Source of the DNA: Lophium mytilinum
Taxonomy: Eukaryota
Direction of reading: 5' to 3'
Assembly: GCA_010093605.1 (NCBI GenBank)
Contig: MU004196.1
Coordinates: 642,606-706,605 of the forward strand
Length of the DNA stretch: 64,000 bases
In this document: positions 59,835 through 64,000 of the stretch, piece after piece
How the letters are laid out: each line of letters opens with the position of its first letter
Numbering within the stretch: the stretch's first letter is position 1
Notes under the pieces: generated by a model
The model's input: the letters and a program-made list of their open reading frames with translations, nothing else
What the model was told of the DNA's origin: nothing
Databases searched by the model: none
Program-made: the position numbers and the translations under genes

Positions 59835-60254
59835 GTAGTTGCGGAGCTGGCATACAAGGCGTTCTAGGCAATGAGATTGATGTTGACGCTGTACCTAGTA
59901 TTTGAAGGCTCCTTGAATGTTCTTACGTCTGCCGGATGCAAATGGCAAAATTTTATGTATTGCTTCTCAGGAATTGTAAATTTGATAATGCAATAGATAA
60001 CATTATAACTGACATCTTGCTCGGTCATTGTGTGATTGCTTAAGGAGCTGGAGCTTACTAGATAGAAGTCTATATGATTGACCTCTGTTTGTTTTTGAGA
60101 GAACTGAATTCACCGCCGATGCCGAGCCGATCGATGACGCTAGTGCCGAAAAATATCGGGACTCGACTTGTTGAGACCGTCACCAACAGAACTGCATTTA
60201 ATTGATACCCCTTCATAGAGGAGAAGCCCAAGATCGAACCACCATGCAGTAACA

Positions 60255-62085
60255 ATGTCTGGCATGAACCTCTTCCCCTCATTGCTGCGCAGGAACGCCC
60301 CCTTCACATGTCGTGCATGTCTCCGAAAGCAAGCATCGCCTCTGCCTCAACGATCTAGCTTTGCCACGAAAGCCAGTCCGACACCACCACCACGTACAAA
60401 ACGGAGGAGAAAGATACTGCTTGCCTCTGGAGGGGCTGGCGTAGTCGCGACTGCGGTAGCGGTTAGTGACGATGCAAAGCACGCTGTATCTGGAGCGCAA
60501 AGAACGGGAAGGGTCGTCTCGACTCTGTTTGTAAATATCAATGAGTATGTGTATCGCTGAGCATTTGGTGACTTTGGCTGATGATATCTTGTGCTGTAGC
60601 TACCGAACGACTCTAAACTACGATCACGATAACGAAAGCGATTATAATGCACTCCTCAATGCATGTCACAAACGATGCGCCGAACGAACACTGGTTACAT
60701 TGGAGAAGAATGGGTCTATATTTATAAAGTTGGGGCAGCATCTCAGCAGTCTGAACTATCTACTCCCCAGCGAGTGGTGCGACACCTTCATCCCTCTCCA
60801 GGACAAATGCCCGATATCGTCAATCGAGTCAATACGGGAGATGGTTCTCAAGGATACTGGCCATGAGCTGTCGGACTTCTTCTCCGAGTTTGAGGAGACG
60901 CCCATAGGAGCAGCATCGCTGGCGCAAGTGCACAGGGCGACGATTAGGGAAACCGGGCAGAGGGTGGCGGTGAAGGTGCAACATCCGACGCTGGACGAAT
61001 GGTCACATCTAGATCTAGTTCTGACGAGATTCACGTTCTCTACTTTGAAGAGGTTCTTCCCTGAGTACGACCTGACGTGGCTATCAGAGGAACTCGAGGT
61101 CTCCTTGCCGCAAGAGCTGGACTTCCACCAAGAGGGTCAGAATGCCATCCGCGCTCGGAACTACTTCGAAGAAATCCGGAACACCCCCGTCGTAATCCCC
61201 GAAGTCATTTGGGCGAAACGCCGTATCCTAGTGATGGAGTATGTTAGTGGTCACAGGCTTGACGATCTGGAGTATCTGGATTCGCACAAGATCGATCGCG
61301 ACGAAGTGTCTGCGGCTCTCGCTCGAATCTTCAACGAGATGATATTTGGGACGAATGCACCTCTTCATTGCGACCCTCATGGCGGTAATATCGCTATCAG
61401 ACATAATCCGTCTCGTTCAGGGCGGGACAATTTCGATGTTATTCTCTATGATCATGGACTGTATCGGGATATCCCCATGTCGTTACGGCGGGCGTATGCG
61501 AAGCTTTGGCTCGCGGTGCTGGACGCCGACGAGCCCCGAATGCGACAATATGCCTATGAGGTGGCTGGAATCGGGGACGAGCACTTTGCTCTGTTTGCTA
61601 GTGCGATCACGGGACGGGATTACAGTATTGTGAAAGAGAACATAGCGAAGCCACGCAGCACGCAGGAGAAGGAGAACATATCAGAGGCTTTGGGAGAGGG
61701 TATGCTGGCGCAGTTGGTTCAGTTGTTGGGGCAGGTTCCGAGGATCATTCTACTGATCCTCAAGACCAACGATCTGAGTAAGTTGCTGCATGGAGTCTAA
61801 TCCAAACAACATATAACTGACTTTCCTGTTATAGCCCGCTCGCTGGACGAGAACCTTCATACGCGCCAGGGCCCAGCCCGGACATTCCTAATTCTAGCCC
61901 GCTATGCGTCCCGCACTGTGTATGAAGAGCAGCTGGAGCTTCTTGTAGGGAGCATCTTCTGGCCACCTACCTTCGTTGCCTTTCTCCGGGCGTGGTCTGT
62001 ACATATGAGAGTCGAGTTGAAGCTCACGGTCTACGAGCGCTGGCTTGCCGTGCGAGCGCTGCTCGGAATGGGCCCGGTGGTGTGA
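60255..62085 (+). CDS. Mitochondrial ABC1/UbiB (ADCK1/Mcp2-like) atypical kinase
   Basis: Presequence-like N-terminus, FIKLGQHL, PLQDKCP, PIGAASLAQVHRA, VAVKVQ, ELDF, LVMEY, HCDPHGGN, LYDHG. Introns at 60545-60599 and 61778-61834. Confidence 0.93.
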
Positions 62086-63628
62086 TGTTGCTTAGACACA
62101 TATTTGACGAGTCGTTTGCGCGATTTGATAGATTTGATAATGCATTTCGGTAGCGGCTGGGAGATGATTGATGTATAGATATGATTGGAGCACCCTTAGC
62201 AATTGCATTGTCAGCAATAGTGGCGGTGCAGTTCTCGAGCATGGCACGCTGGGCATAACAGAAATGGCACACCTGGTAGGCATTTTGCCTTATTTACTTC
62301 TACACTTGCCTGCCACTGCTTGGAGTGCTTCGATGCATTTTTGAAATCAGAGATTCTCAGCTTTGGGCTATGAGGAAACATGTCAAGTCACTCCAAGCAG
62401 TAGCAGACCGGAGCATCTACTGTACCTACTAGGTAGAACAGCCGTAAGAGAGCGTAGTAGATAAGTAGCAGTAGATATTAAGTCTATGAATCTGTAAGGG
62501 ATTCTAATATTTCTATGCTTATTTACTACTATTAGAGGTCCTCTAACATGCTATTACTACTTATCAAATACCAGCTTTAAGAAGCCTGATAGCTTTCCAG
62601 GCCACCTCAGACGGTGTTGAGTTGCTTGAGTGTGCCACTTTTTTTCTGCCTAGCGTGCATGGAACAGTCGGCATGGTAGCTCCCCTCAAGCTTTCACCAG
62701 ATAGCGACGCTCGGATGCCCTAGGCATGAATTGCCCCGTCTTGCCCCGTCTGGCTAGGACAGAGTCGTCTTAAAGGGCCTCGTCATGAGTCTACGTACAC
62801 TCGTCTGGCACTCCTATGATGATGGAATGCATTTACAGGAGTCCGTAGGGGCGGTCGAAGCAGGCACAGCAAGCTTACAGACTCTTCAAAATAATGGGAT
62901 AATCATCTCGATTGGGGGTTTAAAAAGGTCTTAGAATGCTCTTAACAGTGGCAAAAAGGTATACACAGCCCTATGACAAGGTACTGCAATTGTAAGCGAA
63001 AGCAGTGAATGTTGCGAAGCCTCAAAGCGAGGGTAATTTGACATCATGGCCGGGGTGCGGCGGAGCTGAAGAAACACACCAAGACGCCTGACGGTCTTAC
63101 ACATGCTCTCGATACAAGAGCGTTCCTATGCGTTTGCGGTGCTTCTGAAGTCCGTTTGGCCGCACCGGCTTGCATGAATTGGAGCAGCTCTTCCAAGGTT
63201 GCAACGAGAGGCGGGGCATTCTCTACCTAGAAGTTAGCCGCTTGACTGAAAGAGCCATCTCACGAACACTTCTCTCTACACCACCGCACCCTCCCCCCTC
63301 CCTCTCTCTCGCATCTCCTGCCGCCCTGTCCTAGGCAGTCCGGCGTGAGCGTTCTGGTTGCTTGGTCGTCGTCGCCTCTAGCACTCGTCTGCAGCGGCCG
63401 CCTTCCCGCCTTTGTCGCCGTCACAGGCCATCACTTGGCCCCGGCCTCTACACAGCCTCCATCTTCTCCCCAGTCGCTCGCCGCGAGTCCGCCTGCAACC
63501 AACCTTGGGAATCTCGCTGTTGCGCACGACTTCTGACCCTCACACCTGCATAGGAGACCCGGTCTCCAAGGCTTTGATAGCCTTCAGCTCTCTTTTTACC
63601 GTCAGCACTCGACTCCACGGCCAACATC

Positions 63629-64000
63629 ATGGACGGAGCCGGCCAGCCCAACCTGAGGGTCACCAGTACGTCTGCCTGAGCTGTCTCCTCCGTCAGACGC
63701 GAATGGCGATGCTAACAGAGCACAGTTATTGCTGCCGATGGCCTCTATAAGCGGGATGTCTTCCGTACGTACTCTCTAGGCAACATCGCATGACACCCCT
63801 CTCACATCTGATGTAGGATTTCCGGATCCGTTCGCCGTTGCAACGGTGAATGGCGAGCAGACACGCACCACCAGCGTAATCAAGAAGACGTTGAACCCCT
63901 ACTGGAACGAGAGCTTCGACATGTACGCCATTGCCGGTCCAAGCTTCGCCCCACCATGCATCATGCTGATAGTCATACTAGGAGAGTCACCGAGGAAAGC
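63629..64000 (+). CDS. RSP5: HECT E3 ubiquitin ligase Rsp5/HulA, N-terminal C2 domain (partial, runs off the window)
   Basis: Short exons splice to [60 protein letters not shown]. Confidence 0.93.

Overview
Eukaryotic, intron-containing DNA from a filamentous ascomycete. Short GT-AG introns with CTRAC branch points and the gene content suggest a Dothideomycete (inference). I support about 18 protein-coding genes, in order: CUB1/UPF0662, RPP1, a degenerate P-loop protein, a PsiD-like/phosphatidylserine decarboxylase-family enzyme, GUT2, an intact small P-loop (chloramphenicol-phosphotransferase-like) protein, a Ser/Thr-rich single-pass membrane protein, an Asp f 7/RlpA-like secreted protein, a TCP11/Sok1 protein, a conserved Pro/Ser-rich protein, PNKP, MED18, KGD4/YMR31, a Myb-like repeat orphan, an Rpn4-like C2H2 factor, an MFS hexose transporter, an SCP2-type thiolase and an ABC1/ADCK kinase, plus the 5' end of RSP5. 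Intergenic tracts hold several probable decayed gene relics, local duplications and a 9-nt minisatellite. I found no tRNA, rRNA, CRISPR array or intact transposon, and no clear new multi-gene system is demonstrable. The best leads are: (1) a P-loop protein and a paralogue with a broken Walker A motif flanking a PsiD-like decarboxylase and GUT2; (2) a stop-free 66-nt intron in the Rpn4-like gene that encodes an acidic-aromatic motif if retained; (3) recurrent ~1-kb C-rich to G-rich strand-skew switches with GC-rich centres that ignore gene orientation; (4) a cluster of bZIP-like motifs near 22.3-22.5 kb. All family assignments come from motif recognition by eye, not database searches.
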